Shown: in pieces, positions 46,380 through 56,215 of the stretch
Layout of the letters: the number at the start of each line of letters is the position of its first letter
Numbering within the stretch: the stretch's first letter is position 1
DNA from: a virus
Taxonomy: Duplodnaviria; Caudoviricetes
Length of the DNA stretch: 64,000 nt
IMG/VR virus record: IMGVR_UViG_3300005805_009498
Span: 1 to 64,000 of that record
Reading direction: 5' to 3' (one strand)
Program-made: the position numbers and the translations under genes
Notes under the pieces: generated by a model
Seen by the model: only the letters and a program-made list of their open reading frames with translations
Database searches by the model: none
Told to the model about the DNA's origin: nothing

Positions 46380-47767
46380 TCCCTCTTCGATAAATATATC
46401 ACCTGAGAAAATCCCAACTGCTCTGTTTGATCGTAAATTAGTTTGTGACCCTTTACATAATAAAAATCGCTAAGAAAAGAGTTTGCGGTTGACACAGTTC
46501 TGGTTCCTGTCTCGTATTTCGGATCGGTAACAGTAAACCTATCTGTCGCATCCCCGTAATTCATTATTATGACCGGAACGCGTTGTCCTCTGTGAACAAA
46601 TAGGTTTGGGTTTGCCAGACTTGCTTCTAACATGATCTTTTCTATCTCCATCAGGTTAAATGAGTTCAACATTTTTGCTACCATGTAGTTTCGATGAACG
46701 TTTCCTATGGGTAAAGAATATTGGGTTCCCAACCAGACAAGGGAAGCTATTGTTCCAGTAAAAGCATTCCAAAACAATGGAGTCACAGTCTGAGGTGCAT
46801 CAGGGGTAGATAAAGGACCTACAGCGTCTCCTACAACGGTTCTTGAAGAAAAATCATAAAGAGCGTAATCCTTATAAACACCTTGATTATATGTGATTAA
46901 AGAGGCGTTGTTTATGATATCGAACTTTCTTATGAAGTTGTTAAACGACATCGTCGTGACATCGTTTGTTAAAGCGAAAACCTCCATGTTTGATTCGAAC
47001 GTTTTATTCTCCTTTGGAATCCTCACGTTAATGTCGCTTATCACACCGGGTTGTCCATCAGGGGCATATGTAAACTGTTTGTTTACGTTTATCAAATTGA
47101 GATTGTAATAGAAATCTATGAATGCGGTAAAGAAGCTGTTTTCGTCCTCCCACGCATGATCAGTTATAGAATTAATGAACCGTTCATAATTCCCAATCAA
47201 TCTCCATCTCATCTTATCGTTGGTTGAATCAACGTTTGACGCGAATCCTATTTCTAACTCCTCTGCGATTTTTTTTAACACCTCATAACTTGTTCCTTCG
47301 AGAGAAAAAATCTTCTCTGTATAAAAGTTAGGAATGTACAACCTTGCGGTAATCCTTAAAACGGAAACCCCGATGTCTCCAGGATAATCTCCTCCGAAAT
47401 AGTCAACTGTAACTATTTGATAGTCGTTTCTTATTGGTTTTATGTTATCGTTAGGAGAACGAAGAAATATGGAAATTATGTCTCCTGCTCTGGGAAATAT
47501 CTGTTTAAAAAAATTACTTTTTCCTCCGGAAAGATTTATTGTCATGAACAGCTTTGGCATAAACCCCATGCAATCCAATTCTACACGTCCCAACATGGGT
47601 TGGGGAATTTCTTCGGAGTTCAATAAAACATAAGGATATGCCTGACCTACCATTGCGGTAGTATATCCCTGGGGACCGCCCGTACCTAATTTTTGTTCGG
47701 GCGCATTCATGGTAAGGATCTTAAGCTTTGCCTTTACCTTTTCCTTTATGTTTATTTGTTCTAACAA
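46352..47767 (-). CDS. Baseplate hub protein (gp27/gpD-like)
   Basis: TSYEVLKKIAEELEIGF, position between gp53-like and gp5 genes. Confidence 0.5.
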   Translation of the reverse strand: MLEQINIKEKVKAKLKILTMNAPEQKLGTGGPQGYTTAMVGQAYPYVLLNSEEIPQPMLGRVELDCMGFMPKLFMTINLSGGKSNFFKQIFPRAGDIISIFLRSPNDNIKPIRNDYQIVTVDYFGGDYPGDIGVSVLRITARLYIPNFYTEKIFSLEGTSYEVLKKIAEELEIGFASNVDSTNDKMRWRLIGNYERFINSITDHAWEDENSFFTAFIDFYYNLNLINVNKQFTYAPDGQPGVISDINVRIPKENKTFESNMEVFALTNDVTTMSFNNFIRKFDIINNASLITYNQGVYKDYALYDFSSRTVVGDAVGPLSTPDAPQTVTPLFWNAFTGTIASLVWLGTQYSLPIGNVHRNYMVAKMLNSFNLMEIEKIMLEASLANPNLFVHRGQRVPVIIMNYGDATDRFTVTDPKYETGTRTVSTANSFLSDFYYVKGHKLIYDQTEQLGFSQVIYLSKREWTTSSVRQ

Positions 47768-47770
47768 GTT

Positions 47771-48379
47771 TTACGTTATCCTATTTTTTATTAACCTAGC
47801 CAGAAGCTCTCCTTTGCTAACAGGATTGCTTTCGTTAGTTATACACTTTCCAATGTTTGGCGCAAATATCACCTGACCGCCCTTTATCAAAAATTGTTTA
47901 TCTCCAAAATCTGCTACACTGGGTGGAAGACCGCTTCCATCTTCCTTTAACTCTTCTACTCCCTTTTCGAAATTTTGGTTAAACTGTTGTATTGCAGACT
48001 CGAGAGTTTGCGTTTGATTTGGATCCGTGTAATTCAACCTAAAATCTAAGGGAACCTCTGTTTGTATTGGATCTCTCTCAACTTCAGATTCCCTTGAAAA
48101 TGAAACGTTATTTGGAATAACTAAGGTATCATCCAAATCCAAAGAAAAAGGATTCGATATTCCATTTACTTTACATATTTGGTCCTGGTAGGAATCCTCT
48201 CCATAAACTCTTACAGACACCAAATCTGGTCTAGCCTGTTCTCCATCGATAACCTTTGCAATGGTTTGAAATTTTATAGACAAACTTTTTAAGGTTTTAG
48301 CAGCGAGATCAACTATAGTCTCCGCACCATCGGTTCTTGTCTTTTCGGGCTTTAGAGAAAGTATAAATGAATCAAACAT
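47771..48379 (-). CDS. gp53: LysM-type baseplate wedge protein (gp53-like)
   Basis: RPDLVSVRVYGEDSYQDQICKVNGISNPF. Confidence 0.7.
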   Translation of the reverse strand: MFDSFILSLKPEKTRTDGAETIVDLAAKTLKSLSIKFQTIAKVIDGEQARPDLVSVRVYGEDSYQDQICKVNGISNPFSLDLDDTLVIPNNVSFSRESEVERDPIQTEVPLDFRLNYTDPNQTQTLESAIQQFNQNFEKGVEELKEDGSGLPPSVADFGDKQFLIKGGQVIFAPNIGKCITNESNPVSKGELLARLIKNRIT

Positions 48380-48983
48380 CGGTCTGCAATTTTTTCAATA
48401 TCCAGTAGGAATCCACCAGATCGTCTATAGGTTTAACAACGTTTTCTTTTTTGATCAAATTTTCCAGCTGAGATTTCATCTTTATGTATATTGGATTTTT
48501 TTCTAACTGTTGGTCTTCAGATGAAAGAAATGCATTGAGCATATCGGGTTTCTTAAATCTTGCACCACCAGCGAAGGATTTTATTGTCACGGGAGAATAA
48601 AAAAACATTCTTTCTGGCTCCAATATCTCCTTTATGATCATGTTTCTAAGAAGGAATTGGTAAGAAGCCAACTCTAAAAGACTATTTCCTTTACTATTAA
48701 AGGAATGACCTTCCAGCGCAATTGCCGTTATATGATTTTTTTTCAATACCTCTGTTATCGAAGAACACAGAATCTGCGCATCTATTATCTTCATTCTTTC
48801 GGAGGAACAATAATTTGAACCTTGAACCCTTTTTGGTAAAACATGGGAGACAAACCCTTTTTCTCCGAGATCAAAATGTTTCATTCCTTCCCTAGAAAAA
48901 TGATGCCACGTGTAATTACCGTCTAATAGAATACAAACACAGGTGGAATTTATGCTAAAATCTATGGATGCGATGCCTTCCAT
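48372..48983 (-). CDS. ruvC: RuvC-like Holliday junction resolvase
   Basis: SIDFSINSTCV, IALEGHSF, SPVTIKSFAGG, DDLVDSYWI. Confidence 0.8.
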   Translation of the reverse strand: MEGIASIDFSINSTCVCILLDGNYTWHHFSREGMKHFDLGEKGFVSHVLPKRVQGSNYCSSERMKIIDAQILCSSITEVLKKNHITAIALEGHSFNSKGNSLLELASYQFLLRNMIIKEILEPERMFFYSPVTIKSFAGGARFKKPDMLNAFLSSEDQQLEKNPIYIKMKSQLENLIKKENVVKPIDDLVDSYWILKKLQTDV

Positions 48984-49002
48984 TTTCTATTAATTTTATA
49001 GA

Positions 49003-51597
49003 TCATTGTCGTTGAATCGAGGTTCCGCTTACTACAGCTGCAGGATTCGTATTTTTTGGAGCTGTACGTGATATTTGAGGAGTAGGAAGAGTAAGATCCG
49101 GGTTTGATGGAACCTTAAAGAAGTTTGACATAGGAGCCGCGATACTATCTGAAAACGCATCGGTAAAATCAAAAATAGCAGAGGTTGCAACCTGTTTTGA
49201 TATTTCTTCTTGAACCTGTTCAAGGGTCTTGGACGTTCCAGTGATTCCTGGTTTTGGTATGTAAAGAGGCCCAAATCCGTCGTTGAAAACAGATTCAACG
49301 TCCTGATTTGCCCTAGGCATTCCAGGTTTTAATGTGACGGTTGCAGACATTTCAGTTGGAAAATCATCCGGTCCTAATTCGTTGTTAAATGTTATCTCGA
49401 CCCCCTCACAAATAAGATTTCCTAAGGTTGCTATAGGTTTGAATGGGTTTCCTACTGTGAGATGCCACTCTCCCACAGGAGCGCCTGTCTTTAGTGCTTG
49501 AAATTCAGGAATTGCAGGATTTCCTCCGCTTGTAAGGTTAAACAAACCAGACAGAAGATCTATTGCCGTTAACTCTTTTAGTTGCTCTGGTAAAAGACCA
49601 CCGATACCGGCCATTGCTGCAGTTGCGGTTGCTGTAGTATCTTGACTGCCCCCTGCCGCATCTACGCTGCTGCTGTCCTTTGCTTTATTAGGATTTTGTA
49701 TGTTGCTATTTCTTAGTTGGGTAAAAAATTTAACTATATCTGCGCCTTTAAACTGATTCCCAAATGATTTTTGTAGGATCTCATAAAATTTTGTTGTGGC
49801 AGAATCAAAATCCCCGTTCCATATCAATCCAACCAGCTTTATTGTGTCCTCTTCGCTTAAAAGAGGAAATATTCCCTTATTCAGATAGAACCTGGCTTCT
49901 CCTCCCCAAAAATTACCGCGGTAATGGGTTGTTGCTAAAATGTTTGACATGATGTCCAACATAGCGGCCTTCGCATTTATGTGACCTATTGCCTTTAAAG
50001 AATATTCAAACTTTAATTGTATGGTTTCGGCAACTCCACCAAAAAGTCCAGGAACCCTTTTTTGTGCGCTGGTTATAACATTGTAAGGCTCTCTATAGAG
50101 ATCCGAAAGATAACCGCCTCGTTCATATGGGTTGAATGTGTCCAAATAGCTTCCTATTCCAGAAAAACGAGACTTATCTATGATGTTTGCATACGCAAGT
50201 ATACCTGACGCAAAAAATTCTGGATTTAATCCGGCTTTACTTGCTGCCTGTTTTATAGAACCAGTAAGATCTCCTATGTCATTAAAAAATGTTCCTTTTC
50301 CGCCTCCTGTAAGGGCCTTTGACAGTCCTCCTGTTGCCAGTCCTGCGGCTAAAGATGCTACTCCGGCCCCAAGTTTTGCAACACGACTAGCTTCAAATAA
50401 ACTTGTTATTCCAGTAGCTGCGCCTTGAAAGAGTTTTACATCCTGTATATTTGATTCGTTTTGACCCTGCCACTTTGAACTAACACTAATCTTGAGTATT
50501 GTGCCCAGATCGTTCCCACTTTCTCCTCCAAAATAGGTCACCATTTGCGAGACTGGATTATTTCCCCATCCCTGTACACGATATGCCCCTTTTACTCCCT
50601 TTCCGCTTGATCCAAAATAAGCAGAACGGGTTAAATTGTCCTGTATAGGAAACATGTATCTTCTTAGGGTTATTAGCCTTGTTAAAGGAATTCTATTGTA
50701 ATGTTTAAGCCAAAGAAAATCTGCCGCCCTGTATGGGGTTGGGTTAGTTTTTGAAAATGCGCCAAATTTATTTAACAAGGCGGATAACGTAACCTCTTTT
50801 TTTCCTATAGTTGAAACCCCAAGTCTAGATTCTTTATCCAATAGCAATCTTGATTGAGCCTTTGAATCTTCACCAGCGCTAGTTCCATTTGCTATGGAAT
50901 TTAATCTAAAAACGTAGTGTGGGTTTACAATCGGTTCAACCCCTTGGTATCCTACTCTTTCTCCTTGTCCGTCGCCCGAAACTTTTTCAAGGCTCAATCC
51001 CTTTGAATATCTTTCATGAGCATCTATTGGTCCAAAGAATGCATAAGAAAGACGGGAATCAACAACGCCTAGGTTGGTTGTTGCAGCTGCGCTTGGGTTT
51101 AATAGTGTGTTCACCGCACCGCGAAAAACGTCCTTAACATCCTGCACGACACTACGTGCTATGGATTCTCCTGCCTGTTCAGCCTGGTTAGATACGCTGC
51201 TTGAAAGATTACGAGCAAACGTTGAAATCTCTTGCCCCGGGTTTCTTATAAGGTTTCCAACGTTAATCCTAGAAAGCTCATCGCCTACGAAAGTTCCTCC
51301 AAAGTTCGATGCTATGTCTGCGATTGGAACCAGGTCCTGACCGGATTGAAAGAAATTTCCCGTGACGCCGAAAGCCTGAGGAGAAGATAGCACAGAAAAC
51401 CTATCGAAATTAGGACCAAGGTTTTGTACGGTGTTGGAATTTAATCCCGATATGTTCTTTACTGTAGAGCTTACAGATTTCGCGGGATCGGATCCGAACG
51501 TTATGCCAGAAGATATGTTTCCTGTGACCAGTCCCTCTTCAAGGTTTTGAGGGTCAAAAGGAAGGGCAATGTTCTGTGCGTTGGAAAAAATGCTCAT
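49003..51597 (-). CDS. Putative tail tube initiator/baseplate protein (864 aa)
   Basis: C-terminal WHLTVGNPF..LGNLICEGVEITF...FPTEMSATVTLKP tube-like beta motifs; context. Confidence 0.4.
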   Translation of the reverse strand: MSIFSNAQNIALPFDPQNLEEGLVTGNISSGITFGSDPAKSVSSTVKNISGLNSNTVQNLGPNFDRFSVLSSPQAFGVTGNFFQSGQDLVPIADIASNFGGTFVGDELSRINVGNLIRNPGQEISTFARNLSSSVSNQAEQAGESIARSVVQDVKDVFRGAVNTLLNPSAAATTNLGVVDSRLSYAFFGPIDAHERYSKGLSLEKVSGDGQGERVGYQGVEPIVNPHYVFRLNSIANGTSAGEDSKAQSRLLLDKESRLGVSTIGKKEVTLSALLNKFGAFSKTNPTPYRAADFLWLKHYNRIPLTRLITLRRYMFPIQDNLTRSAYFGSSGKGVKGAYRVQGWGNNPVSQMVTYFGGESGNDLGTILKISVSSKWQGQNESNIQDVKLFQGAATGITSLFEASRVAKLGAGVASLAAGLATGGLSKALTGGGKGTFFNDIGDLTGSIKQAASKAGLNPEFFASGILAYANIIDKSRFSGIGSYLDTFNPYERGGYLSDLYREPYNVITSAQKRVPGLFGGVAETIQLKFEYSLKAIGHINAKAAMLDIMSNILATTHYRGNFWGGEARFYLNKGIFPLLSEEDTIKLVGLIWNGDFDSATTKFYEILQKSFGNQFKGADIVKFFTQLRNSNIQNPNKAKDSSSVDAAGGSQDTTATATAAMAGIGGLLPEQLKELTAIDLLSGLFNLTSGGNPAIPEFQALKTGAPVGEWHLTVGNPFKPIATLGNLICEGVEITFNNELGPDDFPTEMSATVTLKPGMPRANQDVESVFNDGFGPLYIPKPGITGTSKTLEQVQEEISKQVATSAIFDFTDAFSDSIAAPMSNFFKVPSNPDLTLPTPQISRTAPKNTNPAAVVSGTSIQRQ

Positions 51598-51956
51598 ATC
51601 AGTAATTGAAAGTTTAGTTCTTCATTGATGTAAACATCAAGCACGGCCGTTTTTGATATTTCTCCCTCTGAAATGTAAAGATCGAACTCAACGTTGATTC
51701 CAGGAAAATAGGGTTTTATGTATTGAAAATACTGTGAATCTATTTCCTGCAACATGTCGTCCCTATCAAAGTCGTATTCAAAAAGCATATCTTCAAGGTT
51801 CAACCCATAGAATGGAAATGCCACCACTTCTCCTGGAGAAGTGGCAAAAAGCATTTTCAACTGTTCGATAAGGTCTTGAAGCTTATCGTTTTCTTCCATT
51901 TTGTTCGCAACGAACTTTGGGTCGTCTTCGTTACGAAGATATATGTCTCTTAACAT
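51594..51956 (-). CDS. gp25: Baseplate wedge gp25-like protein
   Basis: LIEQLKMLFATSPGEVVAFPFYGLNLEDMLFE. Confidence 0.8.
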   Translation of the reverse strand: MLRDIYLRNEDDPKFVANKMEENDKLQDLIEQLKMLFATSPGEVVAFPFYGLNLEDMLFEYDFDRDDMLQEIDSQYFQYIKPYFPGINVEFDLYISEGEISKTAVLDVYINEELNFQLLI

Positions 51957-51960
51957 AAGT

Positions 51961-52692
51961 TTAGTGTATCTGTAAGAAGTAGTCAGGAACGTTTTCCGTG
52001 TCTATCTTCTCTATTACCTTGTCAACCATTGCTGTTCCTTGAGTTTCAAGAGTGTTCGCATTTATCTGTGCACCACCAGGAAGCGTCATGCTTATGAATG
52101 AATAAACGCGTGCCATGGATATAAGCGCCTTTCCTTTCACATAGTCTATGAAAAGAGGATCATCGTACAGGCTTTGCTCTGGTATCTTTGTCATTACCCT
52201 GCAGGAAACATCGTACATCGGATTTCTTCCAAGAAGAGTCAGGTGACGGGTGTTTTGATTAAAGCTAAACTGTATCCTCTCAAGAAAATAAGCTCTTGTT
52301 AAGTCGTAATAGGCGTATTGGGCCGTACGGTATACTAGATCATCGCTACCGAACGGGGCAAGATAAAGCTCTGCTGCTATCAGTCGATTTTCGGTTATGT
52401 CCCGGTCGATCATTCCAAAAAAGTTGGCTGACTTCATCTCTTTAACGTCCAAAACGCTGACCACGCACTCAGGGAGAACTATCTGTCTGCGATTGGATTT
52501 CCATACGCTATCAAACGTAGACTTAGGAAGTATGTAATAAACAGTTTCTACCGCATATTGATAGTTTTGATAGAACCATCGAGCTGCGTCATTTATTATC
52601 CTGTCTATTTCTTTTATTCCTATCGAGGTAGAAATAGCGCCAGAAGCTGTTATTTCGTCCTGAACAAGTTCTATTAATTGATCTTTTACCAT
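51961..52692 (-). CDS. gp13: Neck/head-completion protein (gp13-like)
   Basis: EIDRIINDAARWF, FNQNTRHLTLLG, DYVKGKALISMARVY...TLPGGAQINA. Confidence 0.75.
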   Translation of the reverse strand: MVKDQLIELVQDEITASGAISTSIGIKEIDRIINDAARWFYQNYQYAVETVYYILPKSTFDSVWKSNRRQIVLPECVVSVLDVKEMKSANFFGMIDRDITENRLIAAELYLAPFGSDDLVYRTAQYAYYDLTRAYFLERIQFSFNQNTRHLTLLGRNPMYDVSCRVMTKIPEQSLYDDPLFIDYVKGKALISMARVYSFISMTLPGGAQINANTLETQGTAMVDKVIEKIDTENVPDYFLQIH

Positions 52693-52695
52693 GGT

Positions 52696-52704
52696 CTATA
52701 TATC
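52696..52704 (-). promoter_or_regulatory. Candidate late-promoter motif GATATATAG, 3 nt before the neck-gene ATG
   Basis: Exact 9-mer directly after a terminator. Confidence 0.55.
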
Positions 52705-52738
52705 AAAAAATAAAGGGCGCTTTTGCGCCCTTTATTTT
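52705..52738 (-). terminator. Intrinsic (bidirectional-looking) terminator ending the modification operon
   Basis: AAAATAAAGGGCGC-TTTT-GCGCCCTTTATTTT inverted repeat with A/T tracts on both sides. Confidence 0.85.
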
Positions 52739-53091
52739 ATCTTTATCACTTGATCGACGTGTTTGTGTAGCCTCTTCAAAGAATCGTTGTCCAACAAAAA
52801 GGATTTCTTTATCTCTATTTCAAGAGACAACAGCTCCTTTTTTATGTTTTTCACCAGTTCAACCGATATTGAGGGGTTGATATACTGAATGCTACTTTTC
52901 TTTTTCTTTTTGGCAAACTCAAATTCTTCCTTTAATATTAGATTCATAAGGTAAACAGAAGTGTTTTCCATCTGTCCGTCTGAATTCTTTTTCAATCTTA
53001 GAAGTATTTTGTTTACATCTATGACATACGGTTTGGATCCCGTAGCGTACTTCGGTGCGTTGGATTTCTCCTTAGAAAAAATCAGGTTCAT
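52732..53091 (-). CDS. Hypothetical basic protein
   Basis: Overlapping operon member; K-rich. Confidence 0.65.
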   Translation of the reverse strand: MNLIFSKEKSNAPKYATGSKPYVIDVNKILLRLKKNSDGQMENTSVYLMNLILKEEFEFAKKKKKSSIQYINPSISVELVKNIKKELLSLEIEIKKSFLLDNDSLKRLHKHVDQVIKIK

Positions 53092-53525
53092 TTACTTAAT
53101 TTTTTACTTTCAATCTTTTCTTGAACTTCCATGTTTCTTTCCATTATCTCTGATACCTTTTCCTCAGAATATCCTTTTTCCAAAAGATGCGCAGCGATAG
53201 ATTCGTTTCTTAGATCCATGGATTTTCTAATGTTTTTTATGACTTCCTCGGTGTTTGATGCATGAAGTTGTTTTCCGTTCTGTATGTTATTCTTTATGTT
53301 TTCAAACCAATCCTTATATCCTAATCGATTCTTTAACTTTATGTATCCGCTTTGTTTTAACAAGGATCTTCTAAACTTTCTATTAAACGTCATGTTTGAG
53401 AATAACGAAGTATCAAAATCATCCTGAATAGCTGGATCTGGCTGTTCAACGCTTAGATCGATCTCTTGGACCGGGTTTTCTTGTTCTATGTTGTTTTCTT
53501 CCAAAACCTGTGTTTCCTCGTTCAT
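53088..53525 (-). CDS. Hypothetical protein
   Basis: ATGA overlaps with both neighbours. Confidence 0.7.
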   Translation of the reverse strand: MNEETQVLEENNIEQENPVQEIDLSVEQPDPAIQDDFDTSLFSNMTFNRKFRRSLLKQSGYIKLKNRLGYKDWFENIKNNIQNGKQLHASNTEEVIKNIRKSMDLRNESIAAHLLEKGYSEEKVSEIMERNMEVQEKIESKKLSK

Positions 53526-54094
53526 TTCTTTTCTCCGTAAATTTTTGTTATTGAATTTTTTATGGCGTTATTTATTTCTTCCTTGGATACCGATTCTACT
53601 ATTATATCTATCACCTCATTGACTGTAGACTCATCAAAGGTTTCGTTTATCATCTTAAAAAATGACTTTGTCGGTAAGTTTATTTCCAATTCTATGGGAA
53701 CGATCTCTGTACTTTTTTTGGATCTTAATAGTAGATCGGACGAGAACGTTCCTCTACTCTTTTTGCTCTGCGTTTCCGTTGGTTTTTCTTTGACTCTTTC
53801 CAGGCCTAACATTGCCATGTGTTGGTCAGGAATGGCTGATTCGCTTTTAACCCTTTTTTGTTTTAAAACCTCGGGACTCTCAATTGGGTACATCATGTCC
53901 AAATCTATTCTGCCTAAAGCGTTTTCCTTTGTTGGAATAACGATGAAGTCCTTTCCCAATTTTGACATCGGAATCCTTTGACCGTTGGAAAGAACAGCAA
54001 AATCCTCAAAAGTTTGACTGTCCTGTGTTAGTTCAACCGGTTCAACATTTCCTCTGTTTGATCCTATTATCCATTGTAAGTATTGATTATTCAT
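53522..54094 (-). CDS. Hypothetical protein
   Basis: Overlapping operon member. Confidence 0.7.
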   Translation of the reverse strand: MNNQYLQWIIGSNRGNVEPVELTQDSQTFEDFAVLSNGQRIPMSKLGKDFIVIPTKENALGRIDLDMMYPIESPEVLKQKRVKSESAIPDQHMAMLGLERVKEKPTETQSKKSRGTFSSDLLLRSKKSTEIVPIELEINLPTKSFFKMINETFDESTVNEVIDIIVESVSKEEINNAIKNSITKIYGEKK

Positions 54095-54398
54095 CGAAGA
54101 GCGTTATTATATTTTCTTGATAAAACTTTTTTCTATCTTCCTGCATTGTATCTATGGTGTTGGTTATCATTTCCTTAAGAAATTCTAGATTTTCTTTAAA
54201 GAATATGTTTACCCCTCTTTTAGAGACATCGTCGGAATTTGATGTGAAGTTTTTTGGAATCTCGTTTATTCTCCAAAACAATAGTGGACGACAATCCACA
54301 AATTTTATGTTTACCTCTTTCCATCCGTTTGGCTTTACGGTTATCGTTTCACAAAGATCCCATTCTATGTCGTTTTCAATCTTGTAGTCTATCTTCAT
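54087..54398 (-). CDS. Hypothetical protein
   Basis: Overlapping operon member. Confidence 0.65.
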   Translation of the reverse strand: MKIDYKIENDIEWDLCETITVKPNGWKEVNIKFVDCRPLLFWRINEIPKNFTSNSDDVSKRGVNIFFKENLEFLKEMITNTIDTMQEDRKKFYQENIITLFDE

Positions 54399-55093
54399 GC
54401 GTTAATTCCCCCTATTACCCTTGGCCAATAAACATCTGGGGATATTCCCATCAACTGTATCACCAATTCCAATTCCTTATCGGCGTTAAGACCATTAGGA
54501 AGATTCCAATGATGGCTTTCTACCGGTTTCACGTGAGAGGCTTTAACATCGTCTATTATAGCAAGTCTTTCGTAATTAAGTTCCCTTGCCCATAGATAAT
54601 CTTGCGCCCACCCTGAATATGTTATGGTGAATGTTCCAAGAACACGTCTTAGCGCCGATGTCTTAAACAACGGACACATTATCTCAACATAGTTTGTGTA
54701 TCTAATGAACTTGGTTTGATCGTTCAATACTAATGGAAAACTATAGTAACTGTCATGGGTTAACGATGGCTGACATATATTTAGATTATAATCCTGCGCA
54801 ATCGTAAACAATCTAGCTATCTCGGTTGGATCAAGATGAACATCGTAATCAGGCATCCATATCCAATCATACTGATCGAGTATGTCGTACTTTTCGATGA
54901 ACCTCTTGTATATGTGATGTTTGTACCCTTTGTCTTTCACATAATACTTTGCTGTTCCATACACCTGAGGATCGTCGTTCCATTCGTCAGGGTTGAAATT
55001 TATAAGAGCAAGATCAAATCCGCATAGTTTAAAGTCTTTGTCGTTATAAAATCCCCCCTCGGCGCTTGTAGCTATGACGAGGTTTCTTTTCAT
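54395..55093 (-). CDS. DUF707-family GT-A glycosyltransferase-like protein
   Basis: YDWIWMPDYDV, NICQPSLT, YTNYVEIMCPLF, SGWAQDYLW. Confidence 0.8.
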   Translation of the reverse strand: MKRNLVIATSAEGGFYNDKDFKLCGFDLALINFNPDEWNDDPQVYGTAKYYVKDKGYKHHIYKRFIEKYDILDQYDWIWMPDYDVHLDPTEIARLFTIAQDYNLNICQPSLTHDSYYSFPLVLNDQTKFIRYTNYVEIMCPLFKTSALRRVLGTFTITYSGWAQDYLWARELNYERLAIIDDVKASHVKPVESHHWNLPNGLNADKELELVIQLMGISPDVYWPRVIGGINA

Positions 55094-55329
55094 TGCTGTG
55101 TTTGTTCTTCTTGCTGCTGTGTAGCGTTTACCGATTCTACAGAGCGATCAGGTCTAAAAAACACTATTGCATCATAAATGATCTTGGCTTCTTGAATTGA
55201 ATATGCGCCAAGTCTTGTTGCGTGTTCTGCCGCGTTTACGAGAACGTTTATCGCCTTAGCTGGATCGTCTATCACATACGCAGGTGTTTGTGGACGTTCT
55301 GGTTGCGGTGTTTGTTCGGTTGTTTCCAT
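55090..55329 (-). CDS. Small hypothetical protein
   Basis: GAGG SD; overlaps the gp42 stop and the DUF707 start. Confidence 0.7.
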   Translation of the reverse strand: METTEQTPQPERPQTPAYVIDDPAKAINVLVNAAEHATRLGAYSIQEAKIIYDAIVFFRPDRSVESVNATQQQEEQTQQ

Positions 55330-56177
55330 TATTCCTCTACGAAAAATTTGTTAAATATGTCGATGTAATCTTGTGTTTTAAGAACCGAAAAATCTTCTAT
55401 AGATTCCATGTGTTCGTTAAAACGCTTTGCTTGTATTGATATTCCAGTATTTGGATCAAAGATCGGCTTAGTTATCTTTAGCTCTATATCATTATTTGAA
55501 TTTGGATTTTCCTTTCTCAATTCTTGTACCAGAGAGAAATGTCTCTCGTAATAATGAGTATTATCAGAGCAATGATAGTAGGTTCCAACTTCGAGTTCGT
55601 TGTATTTTTCCTTTAGAAGAAGGTACATCGATTGATAAACAACAGAAAAGAACGGCGCATCGTATTGAAGACCATAGAATATGTCGTTTGATCTCATCTG
55701 TACCTTCATGTTTAGCTTATTATCTCTTATCCAAAAGTTCATATACATTGTACAAACGAAATCCTTAACACCTTGACGTTGATACGCCGGTGTATTAAAA
55801 ACCATTATGGCTTGACGCGTAGATTTGTCGTTAATAAGGGCATCATAGGCCCACTTGAACTGGCTTTTGTTTTGTCTTGAATTTATGATGTATCCGTAAT
55901 TGGAATTAACACGGTTAAACTCATCTACCAGACTTTTCCAAAAGCTAGAAAATTCGTTGATTCTATTTATGTTTGTATCTTCACACAGATACCACCATAA
56001 TTCTCCTATGAAATACTTCCAATTAAAAGCCTTGCTATCGAAGTTCATGAGAGGGTATAACGGATCGAACTCAAGGGTGGTAAGATACTCTTCTACGACC
56101 TTTAATCCTCTTGGTGAATCTTCGGTTTCCATCCTTGAAAGGAGAGACAGAACTTCGCTGTTTAGGGTTTTTTTCAT
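55329..56177 (-). CDS. gp42: dCMP hydroxymethylase-type thymidylate-synthase-family enzyme (T4 gp42-like)
   Basis: GELWWY, VNSNYG, KDFVCT, IRDNK, MRSNDIFYGLQYD (Asp at the dUMP/dCMP specificity site), HYYERHFSLV. Confidence 0.85.
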   Translation of the reverse strand: MKKTLNSEVLSLLSRMETEDSPRGLKVVEEYLTTLEFDPLYPLMNFDSKAFNWKYFIGELWWYLCEDTNINRINEFSSFWKSLVDEFNRVNSNYGYIINSRQNKSQFKWAYDALINDKSTRQAIMVFNTPAYQRQGVKDFVCTMYMNFWIRDNKLNMKVQMRSNDIFYGLQYDAPFFSVVYQSMYLLLKEKYNELEVGTYYHCSDNTHYYERHFSLVQELRKENPNSNNDIELKITKPIFDPNTGISIQAKRFNEHMESIEDFSVLKTQDYIDIFNKFFVEE

Positions 56178-56215
56178 GATTGATTTATACGTCCTTTAAA
56201 CTTGCTTGGTTATAC

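Noticed and set aside
55329-56177. Canonical thymidylate synthase (thyA) call
   Set aside because: Lacks the PCH motif and Asn177; has gp42-type DFxCT and Asp
56178-56195. TATAAATC upstream of gp42 as a T4-type late promoter
   Set aside because: Single imperfect instance; the recurring intergenic motif in this genome is TATATA-based
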